From IMG/VR virus record IMGVR_UViG_3300024331_000152, positions 1-64,000 of that record: DNA of 64,000 nucleotides; one strand, 5' to 3'. Position 1 is the first letter of the stretch, and every line of letters starts with the position of its first letter. Source of the stretch: a virus (lineage: Duplodnaviria; Caudoviricetes). This document shows, one piece after another, positions 1 through 8,784 of this stretch. Both the position numbers and the translations under genes were made by a program. The notes under the pieces were generated by a model. The model saw only the letters and a program-made list of their open reading frames with translations. It was not told the DNA's origin and ran no database searches.

Positions 1-1360
1 CGGATGGAGTGGGGGAAGCTGCACGGGGACGGGAAGCTGCTCGTTTACGCTGTCGAGCAACTCTGTGGTAACGGCAAATTTCTCTCTGAACACCTACACA
101 TTCGGAGTGTCCACTGCTGGTACTGGATCGGGAACGACATCGGGAACAAACTGCACAAACGGAACCAAAAGCTTCGGCACGGCAATTAGCTGCTCGGCGT
201 CGGCGTCAACCGGCTCTACGTTCTCGGGATGGTCTGGCACTGGTAGCGCATCGTCATGCTCCGGCACTGGGGGTTGTGCGTTCACGCTCGCGGCCAACAC
301 AACAGCAACGGCAACGTTTGCAATTAACACGTTCGCTTTGACGCTCAATACGACCGGCGCTGGCAGCGGATCTATTTCGGGTACGAATTGCAGTGCTGGT
401 TCAAAGAACTTTGGAACTGCTGTTAACTGCACAGCAAGTCCAAGTACAGGATCGGTATTCACTGGGTGGAGTGGAACTGGCAGCGCTTCAACATGCTCGG
501 GTACAGGTGCATGTGCGTTTACGATGACATCGACCACATCAGTATCGGCAAATTTCATTACGGCCCATTCTCTGACGGCGGGTACCAGCGGAACAGGATC
601 TGGATCGCTCTCTGGAACGAACTGCGTGACGGGGACTTATAACGATTCGACTACGATCTCTTGCACCGCGTCGCCTGCCGCAGGATCGGCGTTTACAGGA
701 TGGACTGGAACGGGAAGTGCCTCCACATGCACAGGAACGGGTTCTTGTACGTTCAGCCTCACGGCGGATAGCACAATCATAGCAGGATTTAATGCTGTGA
801 CCTTCACGTTCGCGGTAAGTACGACCGGTACGGGCACAGGTACGGTCTCGGGGAGCAATTGCTCAAATGGGACCTACGCAACAGGAACATCGATATCCTG
901 CTCAGCAACACCGACTGGAGGATCGACGTTCTCTGGATGGACCGGAACCGGTAGCGCTTCTGGCTGCACAGGAGGTACGAGCAGTTGTCCGATAACGCTC
1001 GCCTCTAATTCAACATTGTCGGCGGCATTCATTATCCCCGCCGCAGCTCCAACGTACTCGCCCGTGGGAGGTCTCTATTCTTCAACCCAAACCATAACAA
1101 TATCGACGACGACTGGCGGATCGACTATCTGCTACACCATCGATGGTTCCACTCCAACAGCAACGTCGGGAACGTGCACACATGGTACGACCTATTCAAG
1201 CGCGGTAACAGTAAGCACGACACAAACGATTAAGGCCATTGCATCCCAGAGTGGATACCTTAATTCCACGGTGTCCAGCGCGACGTACACAATAGTCGGG
1301 CCGAATCCGCCGAGCGAGTTGTTTGGCGATATCACTCTGGTAAATTTGTCCATTCAATAA
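1..1360 (+). CDS. Tail/surface protein, 5'-truncated: tandem InlB-B-like (Flg_new-type) repeats plus C-terminal chitobiase/Fn3-associated domain
   Basis: Four ~80-aa repeats (GTGSG..SGTNC..S.F.GW.GTGSAS.C.GTG.C.F.L.A..T..A.F), then PTYSP.GG.Y...QTITIST...ICYTIDGSTPT; frame open to window edge. Confidence 0.7.
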   Translation, partial: GWSGGSCTGTGSCSFTLSSNSVVTANFSLNTYTFGVSTAGTGSGTTSGTNCTNGTKSFGTAISCSASASTGSTFSGWSGTGSASSCSGTGGCAFTLAANTTATATFAINTFALTLNTTGAGSGSISGTNCSAGSKNFGTAVNCTASPSTGSVFTGWSGTGSASTCSGTGACAFTMTSTTSVSANFITAHSLTAGTSGTGSGSLSGTNCVTGTYNDSTTISCTASPAAGSAFTGWTGTGSASTCTGTGSCTFSLTADSTIIAGFNAVTFTFAVSTTGTGTGTVSGSNCSNGTYATGTSISCSATPTGGSTFSGWTGTGSASGCTGGTSSCPITLASNSTLSAAFIIPAAAPTYSPVGGLYSSTQTITISTTTGGSTICYTIDGSTPTATSGTCTHGTTYSSAVTVSTTQTIKAIASQSGYLNSTVSSATYTIVGPNPPSELFGDITLVNLSIQ

Positions 1361-1371
1361 GGAGAAAGATA

Positions 1372-1881
1372 GTGAAAAAGCTTATCGTTGCGTTGCTTGG
1401 AATTGTAGTCGCTGGTGTTGGATGTCACGGTCAGGTTCCACCAACAAATCACGTTGTGAATTTGTCATGGAAAGCCGCGCAGGCGTCGGGATCTTGGACA
1501 GGATGTGTGTCTAGCGCGCCGTGCTCTTATATCGTCAGCCGCGCTACGCTAGCTGTAGGCACCACGTTTTGCCCGACTCCAAGCGTGACGGCTCCGAACT
1601 ATACGCCTCTCAATGACAAGACTCCCACCTCGGCGTTGACGTATTCTGATCCGTCAGTTTCTGGACTTACAGTGTGCTACGTAGTGCAGACCCAACAAGG
1701 CACCGCAATAAGCTCTCCGTCAGATCCAACGTCGGTTCTGGTCGTACCGCCCAATCCTCTTGCGCCTGTTATTCAGACTCCTCAGGTTGCTGAACATAAG
1801 ACGGTCGGATTTCCTGCTCCGACACCACAGTTAGCAAGCGCATCACCAACCGGGCTCAATGCTCGTATCGGAACTAGGTAA
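1372..1881 (+). CDS. Secreted/lipoprotein with Fn3-like Cys-containing domain
   Basis: SD AGGAG, hydrophobic signal ending GVGC, V.LSW and CYVVQT beta-sandwich pattern; paralog at 48337-48690. Confidence 0.65.
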   Translation: MKKLIVALLGIVVAGVGCHGQVPPTNHVVNLSWKAAQASGSWTGCVSSAPCSYIVSRATLAVGTTFCPTPSVTAPNYTPLNDKTPTSALTYSDPSVSGLTVCYVVQTQQGTAISSPSDPTSVLVVPPNPLAPVIQTPQVAEHKTVGFPAPTPQLASASPTGLNARIGTR

Positions 1882-1948
1882 GGCGCGCGTTTTGTACGAA
1901 TCCGGTTCTCCCCAACCGGTAAAAATCCTGCTGAGGAGACGGCCTTAG

Positions 1949-2458
1949 ATGACATCACAGAAGCGTATTGATGAAACGACAGTTAGGAGGTGGATCGTGG
2001 AAGAAGTCAGCAAGCAGCTAACTCCCACGAATAGACTGCTCGAATCCATCGATAAATGGAAACTATCCCTCTGGAGTAACGGATCTGGAGGTCCTCCGGG
2101 ATATTTGGAAACCGCCCGGAAAGAGGATGACGAGCGGTATGCACGGCTCTTTAAAAACGTTGAGGAACTTGGAGGCCACAAAGAAAGCGTGAACGAATTT
2201 CTCACGATCTATAAAGAGCGTGAACTTCAAAAAGCCAACAACCAGAAGATGTTACTGAAGATTGGAGGCGTACTTGGTACCGCTCTGGTGAGTTTCGTGT
2301 TGTGGCTCGCCCACGTCTGCGCTCCAGCGGTCAAAATTCTTTGGGATGACTATGTGCACGCACATCCTTCAGTCGAGCAACAACTGCGTAAGCAATCATC
2401 CGAAGTAAACCGTCCGGCCTACGCCGGAGACACCGCGATCATTCCGAAAGTGAGGTAA
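1949..2458 (+). CDS. Single-TM membrane protein (holin/spanin-like)
   Basis: SD GAGGAG, coiled region followed by one TM helix, lysis-region context. Confidence 0.5.
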   Translation: MTSQKRIDETTVRRWIVEEVSKQLTPTNRLLESIDKWKLSLWSNGSGGPPGYLETARKEDDERYARLFKNVEELGGHKESVNEFLTIYKERELQKANNQKMLLKIGGVLGTALVSFVLWLAHVCAPAVKILWDDYVHAHPSVEQQLRKQSSEVNRPAYAGDTAIIPKVR

Positions 2459-2462
2459 CAGT

Positions 2463-2828
2463 ATGTCGGATACACCAGTTAATCCACCGACCCAACCTGA
2501 TCCAAACAATCCGAGTCCGTTTAAGCCACCACCACCGCCAACTCCTGCGTTTCCCCAGCCCAAAGGAGACGATGGTCCGCTCCTTCCGTCAGTATTGGAT
2601 GGGCTAAAGAGCTTCTGGCTGTCGGTGCGTGGGAACCCGTTCTTAGTGGCCTTCGAAGGCGGAGTTATCGGCGCTGCGTTCAATTTCATCGACGAGGCTA
2701 TAAACTCCGGGGCCTTTGATTTGACGCGCCACGGATTTCATAAGCTACTGGTGGCCGCGTTAATCGGAGGATTCAGCGCAGTAAGGCTTCTGTATAGACC
2801 GGCACCGGGAACCAATCCGAAGCCGTAG
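2463..2828 (+). CDS. Putative holin (2 TM)
   Basis: Pro-rich N-terminus, two hydrophobic segments, SD GAGGT. Confidence 0.5.
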   Translation: MSDTPVNPPTQPDPNNPSPFKPPPPPTPAFPQPKGDDGPLLPSVLDGLKSFWLSVRGNPFLVAFEGGVIGAAFNFIDEAINSGAFDLTRHGFHKLLVAALIGGFSAVRLLYRPAPGTNPKP

Positions 2829-2837
2829 GAGACGATT

Positions 2838-3689
2838 ATGTCTGATGTTCTTCCTGTCAGTCCGGGCGGGCGTCGTTATGGACGCTTCCCGGACAACCCT
2901 TTTCATCCTGCGCGCAAGCTCCTCGCTATGCGCGTCTCGAAAGTCGAGCTGCCGCCGCGCGCCACAACGTCTCAGTGGATGGGTAGAATCCGCGATCAAG
3001 GCATGGAGGGTAGCTGCACTGGACAGATGGGAGCCGCGATTCGCGACCTCTTGTACCGTAAGCTTTTCGAATACGAGAAAGACAAGACAATCAGTCCGGA
3101 AGGCTTCGAGGCATCAGCCTCATTTGTCTACAAATGCAATCTGATTGCCGATGGAGATCTCGGTGAGGATGCCGGATCAAGCATTCATCAAACGATGATC
3201 ACGCTCAACCAGAAAGGCGCGTGTATCGAAGGCGTCGAGCCGTATTCGGATCGTGATTTTAGCGTTTCTCCGAATCAAGGCCAGTACGACAACGGGTTGC
3301 TCTATAAAGCTGGGGCATACCACTACCTTCCCGACCTCCAGACCATGAAGCAGTGCATCGCTTCAGGGTACTCGTTTGGATTCGGGATTAGCGTTTACTC
3401 ATCATTCGAAGGTGATTGGCATGGAACCGGATTTATGCCGATGCCACAAGCTAACGTTGAGCCGCTACTCGGTGGCCACGCGCAGCATGTGCTCGATTAC
3501 GACGACACAATCCAGTTTCCGGACGGCAATGTTGGCGGTTTGTTTGTGCAAAATAGCTGGTCTGAAGAATGGGGAATCTCGGCTTCGGGAAGAAGCGACA
3601 GAGGCTGCTACTGGATGCCACAGGCTTTCGTAACGAAAGGCTACACGAGCGACGCGTGGATCATCCATCTCGGTAAGGCATGGGGATAA
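2838..3689 (+). CDS. Papain-family (C1) cysteine peptidase
   Basis: RDQGMEGSCTG (Gln, catalytic Cys), GGHAQ (His), VQNSW..WG..G..WM (Asn). Confidence 0.9.
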   Translation: MSDVLPVSPGGRRYGRFPDNPFHPARKLLAMRVSKVELPPRATTSQWMGRIRDQGMEGSCTGQMGAAIRDLLYRKLFEYEKDKTISPEGFEASASFVYKCNLIADGDLGEDAGSSIHQTMITLNQKGACIEGVEPYSDRDFSVSPNQGQYDNGLLYKAGAYHYLPDLQTMKQCIASGYSFGFGISVYSSFEGDWHGTGFMPMPQANVEPLLGGHAQHVLDYDDTIQFPDGNVGGLFVQNSWSEEWGISASGRSDRGCYWMPQAFVTKGYTSDAWIIHLGKAWG

Positions 3690-3690
3690 A

Positions 3691-5574
3691 ATGAAAAAGC
3701 TAATCGCAGTTGCTGTGTTCTGTGCAGCGCAATTGGTAATAGCGCAGGGCAATCCTCCTCCATTCGGAGCCTATCTTTTTAGCGGCGGCGTTTGGTCTCC
3801 TGCTGCAACTACAGCTTCTGGAAGTCCAGCACCATCGCAACCGCCACCGGCTGCGCTGTACTGCTTTAATTCAGGAACCGGGCAATGGATTCCAGCAGAT
3901 TCTCTCTGTTTTGGAGGCAGCAGCGGATCAGGTACAGTCAACCCTGGCACGACAGGACAAGTTGCCTACTATCCATCAAGTGGATCAGCAGTTAGTGGCA
4001 GCATCCCGACGATCGATGTGAGTGGAAATATGTCCACAAGCGGCGTCTTCCCCCAGCCATCCTATGGATCGATCAATTGTTGGGGAGACTCTCTGACTTC
4101 CGGCAATCAGGATGGCGGAGGAAATTACTGCTCTCAGCTTGGAGTACTTTCAGGACTGACGGTGGTGAATCAAGGTGTGAGCGGAAACACTAGCGCCCAG
4201 ATTCTGGCCCGAATGCAGGCAGCTCCTCCAGCGGCGAACACTCTCAATGTGATCTGGGCCTGTACGAACGATTTCAACGCTGCTGGATGTCTAGCAAACA
4301 TCGCTACGATGGTGGCTCTCGTTCAATCTCAAGGCGCGCAATACCTCATACTCTCTCCCCTAAATAATGACACCTCCGCGAATTGGCACGGTCCGTACGG
4401 AACTCTCTATCTAACGCAGTTCCCTAGTGTGGCTCAGAAGATGCAGGCGCTCTACCCCGGAAACTTCATCGATATCCACGAGATGCTCGTTAATCAGTGG
4501 GATAGTACCTATCCGGGCGATTTTGGTTCTTGGGGTTGGGATTTGGCCCCAGAGAGCTATCGAACACATTACGCCAACACTCTTTCTGCGGACATCACCA
4601 CAACGTCCACGTGCTCAATTACATTCACCAGCAATATCCTCTCCGCTGGCCTGTCTTTTGTAGTCGATTCCGAAGTGATTCAGGCCACTACGATCAGCGG
4701 AAGCACTGTCCTGACCTGCATTCGCGGGTACATGGGAACGACTGCGGCTACACATACAGCCAAGGCTGTGACGTTTGTTGACCCGACTCATTTAAGCAGT
4801 TCCATTGGTTATCCCTTCGTCGCTAATCAGGCGTATGAGTGGATGTTGGCCAATCCCTCTAACTCGACTTCTGGGGTGCCAAATCTAACGCTTTTATCAA
4901 AGAGACTGAATGCTCTTGAAGCATCACTGGGTGGCTACGTTACTTCCGCTCCTACGAAATGCACAGGGGCTTATGGGGTAGGCGGAGTTTGTCAGCTTAC
5001 AATTTTTCAGAACACCGGGACAACATCTCCCCTTGTCACCCTTCAAAACACCGACGCAACCAACCGTCTTACGACCATGCATTTCAAGAACGCCTCAAAC
5101 GAGTGGGATTTAGGAGAGCAAGGCGCAAGTGCAGTCGCGTTCCAGTTAACGGATTTCTCAAATAGCGGGGCGGTTATCTGGTCAGTCGCTCGCACAACAG
5201 ATGCGTTTAGTTTCCCTGCCGCCGCTGGAGTGACTATTACAGGTCCAGTAAGCTCCAAGACCTACAGCACAGCTACTAATTGCGCAAGTTCAGCCTCCCC
5301 TGCAGTGTGCGGAAGCGCCGCAGCCGGAGCCTTCGTGATCGCTGCGGGAGCGACGACGGTTACGGTCAACACCACCGCAGTGACCGCGAACAGCGAAATC
5401 CAAATAAACAACGATGCATCGTTGGGCACAAGATTATCTGTAACATGCAACACCACGCTTCTCACCGCCCCTTGGCAGGTCACTGCTCGCACGGCAGGGA
5501 CTAGTTTTACGGTAGCCATCGCGGCAGGACCGATCACCAACCCGGAATGCTTCAGTTATTCGATTGTGAATTAG
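3691..5574 (+). CDS. Tail-spike-like protein with SGNH/GDSL esterase domain
   Basis: CWGDSLTSG block I, NQGVSG block II, CTND block III, DPTH block V; beta-rich C-terminus. Confidence 0.75.
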   Translation: MKKLIAVAVFCAAQLVIAQGNPPPFGAYLFSGGVWSPAATTASGSPAPSQPPPAALYCFNSGTGQWIPADSLCFGGSSGSGTVNPGTTGQVAYYPSSGSAVSGSIPTIDVSGNMSTSGVFPQPSYGSINCWGDSLTSGNQDGGGNYCSQLGVLSGLTVVNQGVSGNTSAQILARMQAAPPAANTLNVIWACTNDFNAAGCLANIATMVALVQSQGAQYLILSPLNNDTSANWHGPYGTLYLTQFPSVAQKMQALYPGNFIDIHEMLVNQWDSTYPGDFGSWGWDLAPESYRTHYANTLSADITTTSTCSITFTSNILSAGLSFVVDSEVIQATTISGSTVLTCIRGYMGTTAATHTAKAVTFVDPTHLSSSIGYPFVANQAYEWMLANPSNSTSGVPNLTLLSKRLNALEASLGGYVTSAPTKCTGAYGVGGVCQLTIFQNTGTTSPLVTLQNTDATNRLTTMHFKNASNEWDLGEQGASAVAFQLTDFSNSGAVIWSVARTTDAFSFPAAAGVTITGPVSSKTYSTATNCASSASPAVCGSAAAGAFVIAAGATTVTVNTTAVTANSEIQINNDASLGTRLSVTCNTTLLTAPWQVTARTAGTSFTVAIAAGPITNPECFSYSIVN

Positions 5575-5718
5575 ATGAAAATAGCCCTCATCGTTCTCGG
5601 AGTTCTCTGGCTTTTCCTCTCTGCGCTGGCTGGGATTTATGCGCCAGATGAAGATGTCTGAGAATTTGCTTCGCGTGCAGATTAAAAATCGTACAATTTC
5701 AAACCAGAGGAGAAAGAC

Positions 5719-6258
5719 ATGCAAAGACGGGAATTCTTAAGGAAGTCAGCGACGGTCGGCGCGGTCGTAGTGGTAGCGCCATCCGCCCTGATGCTGGAGG
5801 GGTGCAGTGTGAACGTCAAGGCCCTTCTGAACACAGTGCTGGATTCAGCAAATGCGATTATCAAGGTGGCAGCTCCAGATGCACCATGGCTCCAGTCGCT
5901 GGAAAATGCTGTGGCAGCGCTACAACAAGCCGAGCAACAGTGGTCGGCGGGCGGTGCAGTCCAGATCATCATCAGCGCGCTGAACACGGTGCAGGGAGTC
6001 CTATCTGTGATTCCAATTACGGCAGCGTACTCGCCGCTGATTGCCGTGCTGGTGGCTGGAATCGAGGCAGTGCTGGTGGCTCTGGTTCCGCAGCAAGCTC
6101 CAACCCCGGCGACCGTCAATGCAGCGCGCAATCCGTATTTAACAACACACCGCGTGCACCTGAAGAAGCCCCATATGCTCCAGACACACCAAGGCGCGTA
6201 CCGGAGCCAATGGAATGCAACAGCATCAGAACTTGGCCTCGTAAAGGCGAAGATCTAA
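5719..6258 (+). CDS. Tat-signal lipoprotein
   Basis: MQRREFL twin-arginine motif, lipobox LEGC, SD GAGGAG. Confidence 0.7.
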   Translation: MQRREFLRKSATVGAVVVVAPSALMLEGCSVNVKALLNTVLDSANAIIKVAAPDAPWLQSLENAVAALQQAEQQWSAGGAVQIIISALNTVQGVLSVIPITAAYSPLIAVLVAGIEAVLVALVPQQAPTPATVNAARNPYLTTHRVHLKKPHMLQTHQGAYRSQWNATASELGLVKAKI

Positions 6259-6277
6259 GCGGTAGGGCGGGTGGCAA

Positions 6278-6850
6278 ATGGGTGTATGGAGCACGGCGTT
6301 CGAATGGATGATGGACAACGAGGACCCCAAGCGCAAGTACGCCACGAAGCCTGACCCGCCCGATCAATATGGGAAAGACGATCACGGTAACGTCATTCGC
6401 ATAGGAGCATATGCGATCTCCGGTATCAATTCGGCTAATTTTCCAGCACAGTTCGAACGAATCAGTGATATCCCGCAGGCTCAACGGGCTCAGCCGGTCG
6501 AAGATTTTTATCACCTAATGTTCTGGAATAAATGGTACGCTCAGATCGTCTCTGATGAAGTCGCGAAACGAGCTTTTGATTGTGCAGTTTTGGATGGGCA
6601 GCGTACGGCAGTCTACATCCTGCAACGCGCAGTGAACGATCTCGGCGGAGTACAGCTTGACGACGACGGAGATTGGGGTCCGGTTACGGTTGAGGCTGTA
6701 AACAACCAAAACCCAGCCTCGTTGGTGAATTCGCTAAAGGCACAATGGCTTGAACACGCTAAAGCTGTTGTCATCAAAAACCCGGCTCGTGCCAAGTATC
6801 TCGGTACAGCCCAAAAACCCGGTCCATGGTGGACACGGATCATGAAGTAG
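6278..6850 (+). CDS. Endolysin, glycoside hydrolase family 108 with PG-binding domain
   Basis: N-terminal E..DP.D..G...GI, FY...FW, VA...FDCAV..G, LQRAVN....DG.WGP.T. Confidence 0.8.
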   Translation: MGVWSTAFEWMMDNEDPKRKYATKPDPPDQYGKDDHGNVIRIGAYAISGINSANFPAQFERISDIPQAQRAQPVEDFYHLMFWNKWYAQIVSDEVAKRAFDCAVLDGQRTAVYILQRAVNDLGGVQLDDDGDWGPVTVEAVNNQNPASLVNSLKAQWLEHAKAVVIKNPARAKYLGTAQKPGPWWTRIMK

Positions 6851-6861
6851 GAGAAACCGAG

Positions 6862-7005
6862 ATGGCAAAGAATTCAGCAAAGGCATTTATGACCAAGAAC
6901 GCGCTGACGGTTAGCGCCAGCAAAGAAGCAAAGCCAGCGCGCCGCAAGAAGGCCGCAACCAGAAAGATGACGAACTCCTTCACCAAGGGCGCGGGCGGCA
7001 AGTAA
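6862..7005 (+). CDS. Small Lys/Arg-rich protein (47 aa)
   Basis: SD AGGAG; MAKNSAKAFMTKNALTVSASKEAKPARRKKAATRKMTNSFTKGAGGK; below ORF-track cutoff. Confidence 0.65.
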   Translation: MAKNSAKAFMTKNALTVSASKEAKPARRKKAATRKMTNSFTKGAGGK

Positions 7006-7014
7006 AGGAGGACC

Positions 7015-7122
7015 ATGAAAACAGCAACGCCGAAGAAGATCACCTCGGGAAAGATGGCAAAAATCACCAGTGTCCCGAAGAGCAAGGTGGCGAAGCTCAC
7101 TTCCAGCAAGTGTATTCGCTAG
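7015..7122 (+). CDS. Small Lys-rich protein (35 aa)
   Basis: Strong SD AAGGAGG; MKTATPKKITSGKMAKITSVPKSKVAKLTSSKCIR. Confidence 0.65.
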   Translation: MKTATPKKITSGKMAKITSVPKSKVAKLTSSKCIR

Positions 7123-7133
7123 AGGGGGTTTTT

Positions 7134-7316
7134 ATGCCAACGGAGACGTTTCGAAGTCCTGAGGCGTATCGAAAATGGACGGCATATCGCCACATCCATG
7201 GCATCGCGGCTCCGGGCCTCAAAAAGGCGTGCATCAAGGGCCAAGGATGTCATACTGTAGTACACAGCAAATCGCGCGCTAGGAAGTCTTCCGGGAAAAA
7301 GACGGTCAGCAAATAG
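7134..7316 (+). CDS. Small basic protein
   Basis: ATG after GAGGGGG; basic C-terminal tail. Confidence 0.6.
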   Translation: MPTETFRSPEAYRKWTAYRHIHGIAAPGLKKACIKGQGCHTVVHSKSRARKSSGKKTVSK

Positions 7317-7348
7317 TCCAGATTTTGGATTGAGGCACCGCTCTTTAG

Positions 7349-8008
7349 ATGACTCTGGTTCCACATCTCGACGGCAAGAAGTGGCATTCAAAGCCGCTGG
7401 TTTGCAGAATCGAAGGCTGCTCAAACCCTGCAAATACTGCGGGGGCCGCTCGCGGTCTTTGTCGCGCGCACTATCGGCGCTGGCAGAATCATGGATCGGA
7501 ACTTGCCCCTGTCAAAAAAGCCTATTCATATAAAGGATTGTTGTGCGAGAAGGAAGGCTGCGAAAAGCCAGCGAGAACCCTAAAACTTTGCCATCGTCAC
7601 TACGTGGAACTTCGTCGGAAAACAGATGATGGCAAGATCCAAGAGAAAGCTGAGAAGGCTAAACGGCGTGTTTCTCTCTGGAAGCAACACCAAAAAGAGT
7701 CCTTCGCGGGTCGCGTAATGCCTGAAAAATGCGAAGTATGTAAGGAGTCTTCTGAAAGCGGTCATCGGCTAAATTTTGACCATTGCCACTCTAGTCATCT
7801 TTTTCGTGGATGGATCTGCGGTAGATGTAATCGCGTTCTTGGCGTAGCAAAAGACAGCCCGCAGCTACTCAGAAAACTTGCTGATTATCTCGATGCTTTT
7901 GAGCTTAAGAGAAATGGAAAGATGGGAAATCGGGAAGAAATCTTAGCTCTTTTTGATGGTCGCGGAAAGAGCGGGTGGGAGAGAAAAAGTGGCAAAGCTT
8001 ACAAGTAA
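7349..8008 (+). CDS. Endonuclease VII-like HNH homing endonuclease
   Basis: Two C..EGC..LC..HY zinc modules, CEVC...FDHCH....RGWIC.RCN..LG. Confidence 0.85.
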   Translation: MTLVPHLDGKKWHSKPLVCRIEGCSNPANTAGAARGLCRAHYRRWQNHGSELAPVKKAYSYKGLLCEKEGCEKPARTLKLCHRHYVELRRKTDDGKIQEKAEKAKRRVSLWKQHQKESFAGRVMPEKCEVCKESSESGHRLNFDHCHSSHLFRGWICGRCNRVLGVAKDSPQLLRKLADYLDAFELKRNGKMGNREEILALFDGRGKSGWERKSGKAYK

Positions 8009-8228
8009 AGAACGAAACAAGCTGCCCGCTAAAGATTTCGCTTTAGGCGGAAGACGCTACCCAATTGAGGACGAAAACCACGGCAGAGCTGCCCTTTCTC
8101 GTGTCGCGCAGCATGGCAGCGAGGCTGAAAAGAAGAAGGTCTCAGCCGCCGTCCATCGCAAGTACCCATCCATCGGACAAAAATCCAAAAAGAAGGCTCG
8201 CAGCAAGACTGTTGCGGGAAAGGCGTAG
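7989..8228 (+). CDS. Small basic phage protein
   Basis: GTG start; LT...RNKLP..DFAL..RRYPI.D..H.RAALSRV motif, which I recall from phage structural regions. Confidence 0.7.
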   Translation: MAKLTSKERNKLPAKDFALGGRRYPIEDENHGRAALSRVAQHGSEAEKKKVSAAVHRKYPSIGQKSKKKARSKTVAGKA

Positions 8229-8230
8229 CC

Positions 8231-8575
8231 ATGGCAGATCAGGACTCTCTAGGCGATCAGGTGAAACAGCAGATCAGTGACGGAATGAGGGATGGAATGA
8301 CTTTTCCTAACCAGCGCAAGGCTGTCTCCGACTGGTGGAACGACAAAGTCGGTCAGGCGAAGGGTATGTGGGACAAGTACGCCGGTTCGAGCGACGTGAA
8401 GGCTTCAGAGTCGCCATCCTCGAAAGCTGGTGTCGTAGTCGGCGGAGCAGCCGCAGCCGCGATGCCAAAGACGGTGAGCGCGTCAACCACAACTCCCAGT
8501 ATCAAGAGATCCGCTGCAAAGCGTAAAACTGCTGGCGGCGGAGGTATGGGCAAGACCTTCAGCGGAGGTAAATAG
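8231..8575 (+). CDS. Hypothetical protein with basic tail
   Basis: Tightly packed ORF ending KTFSGGK. Confidence 0.6.
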   Translation: MADQDSLGDQVKQQISDGMRDGMTFPNQRKAVSDWWNDKVGQAKGMWDKYAGSSDVKASESPSSKAGVVVGGAAAAAMPKTVSASTTTPSIKRSAAKRKTAGGGGMGKTFSGGK

Positions 8576-8577
8576 CC

Positions 8578-8775
8578 ATGGCGTACGACGAAATCTCTGC
8601 CAGCGAACAAGAAGAAACTCCGAAGGATGAAGTCAAGGAACACTCGTCGAAGTTTCTCAAAAAGGCCGTTGAACTCAAGAAAAAAGGGAAAACTGCCAGC
8701 GCCAAAAAAGGCGTGAATCCATTCGCAAAAAAGGCAGAAAAGAAGTCCGGTAAGAAGTTCGCCGCGAAGAAGTAA
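8578..8775 (+). CDS. Small Lys-rich protein
   Basis: SD GGAGGT; acidic N-terminus, highly basic C-terminus. Confidence 0.65.
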   Translation: MAYDEISASEQEETPKDEVKEHSSKFLKKAVELKKKGKTASAKKGVNPFAKKAEKKSGKKFAAKK

Positions 8776-8784
8776 AGGGTATGC

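Noticed and set aside
65-1050. Tandem DNA repeats or a diversity-generating retroelement in the tail protein
   Set aside because: The repeats are diverged protein-domain repeats; no reverse transcriptase or TR/VR pair is seen.
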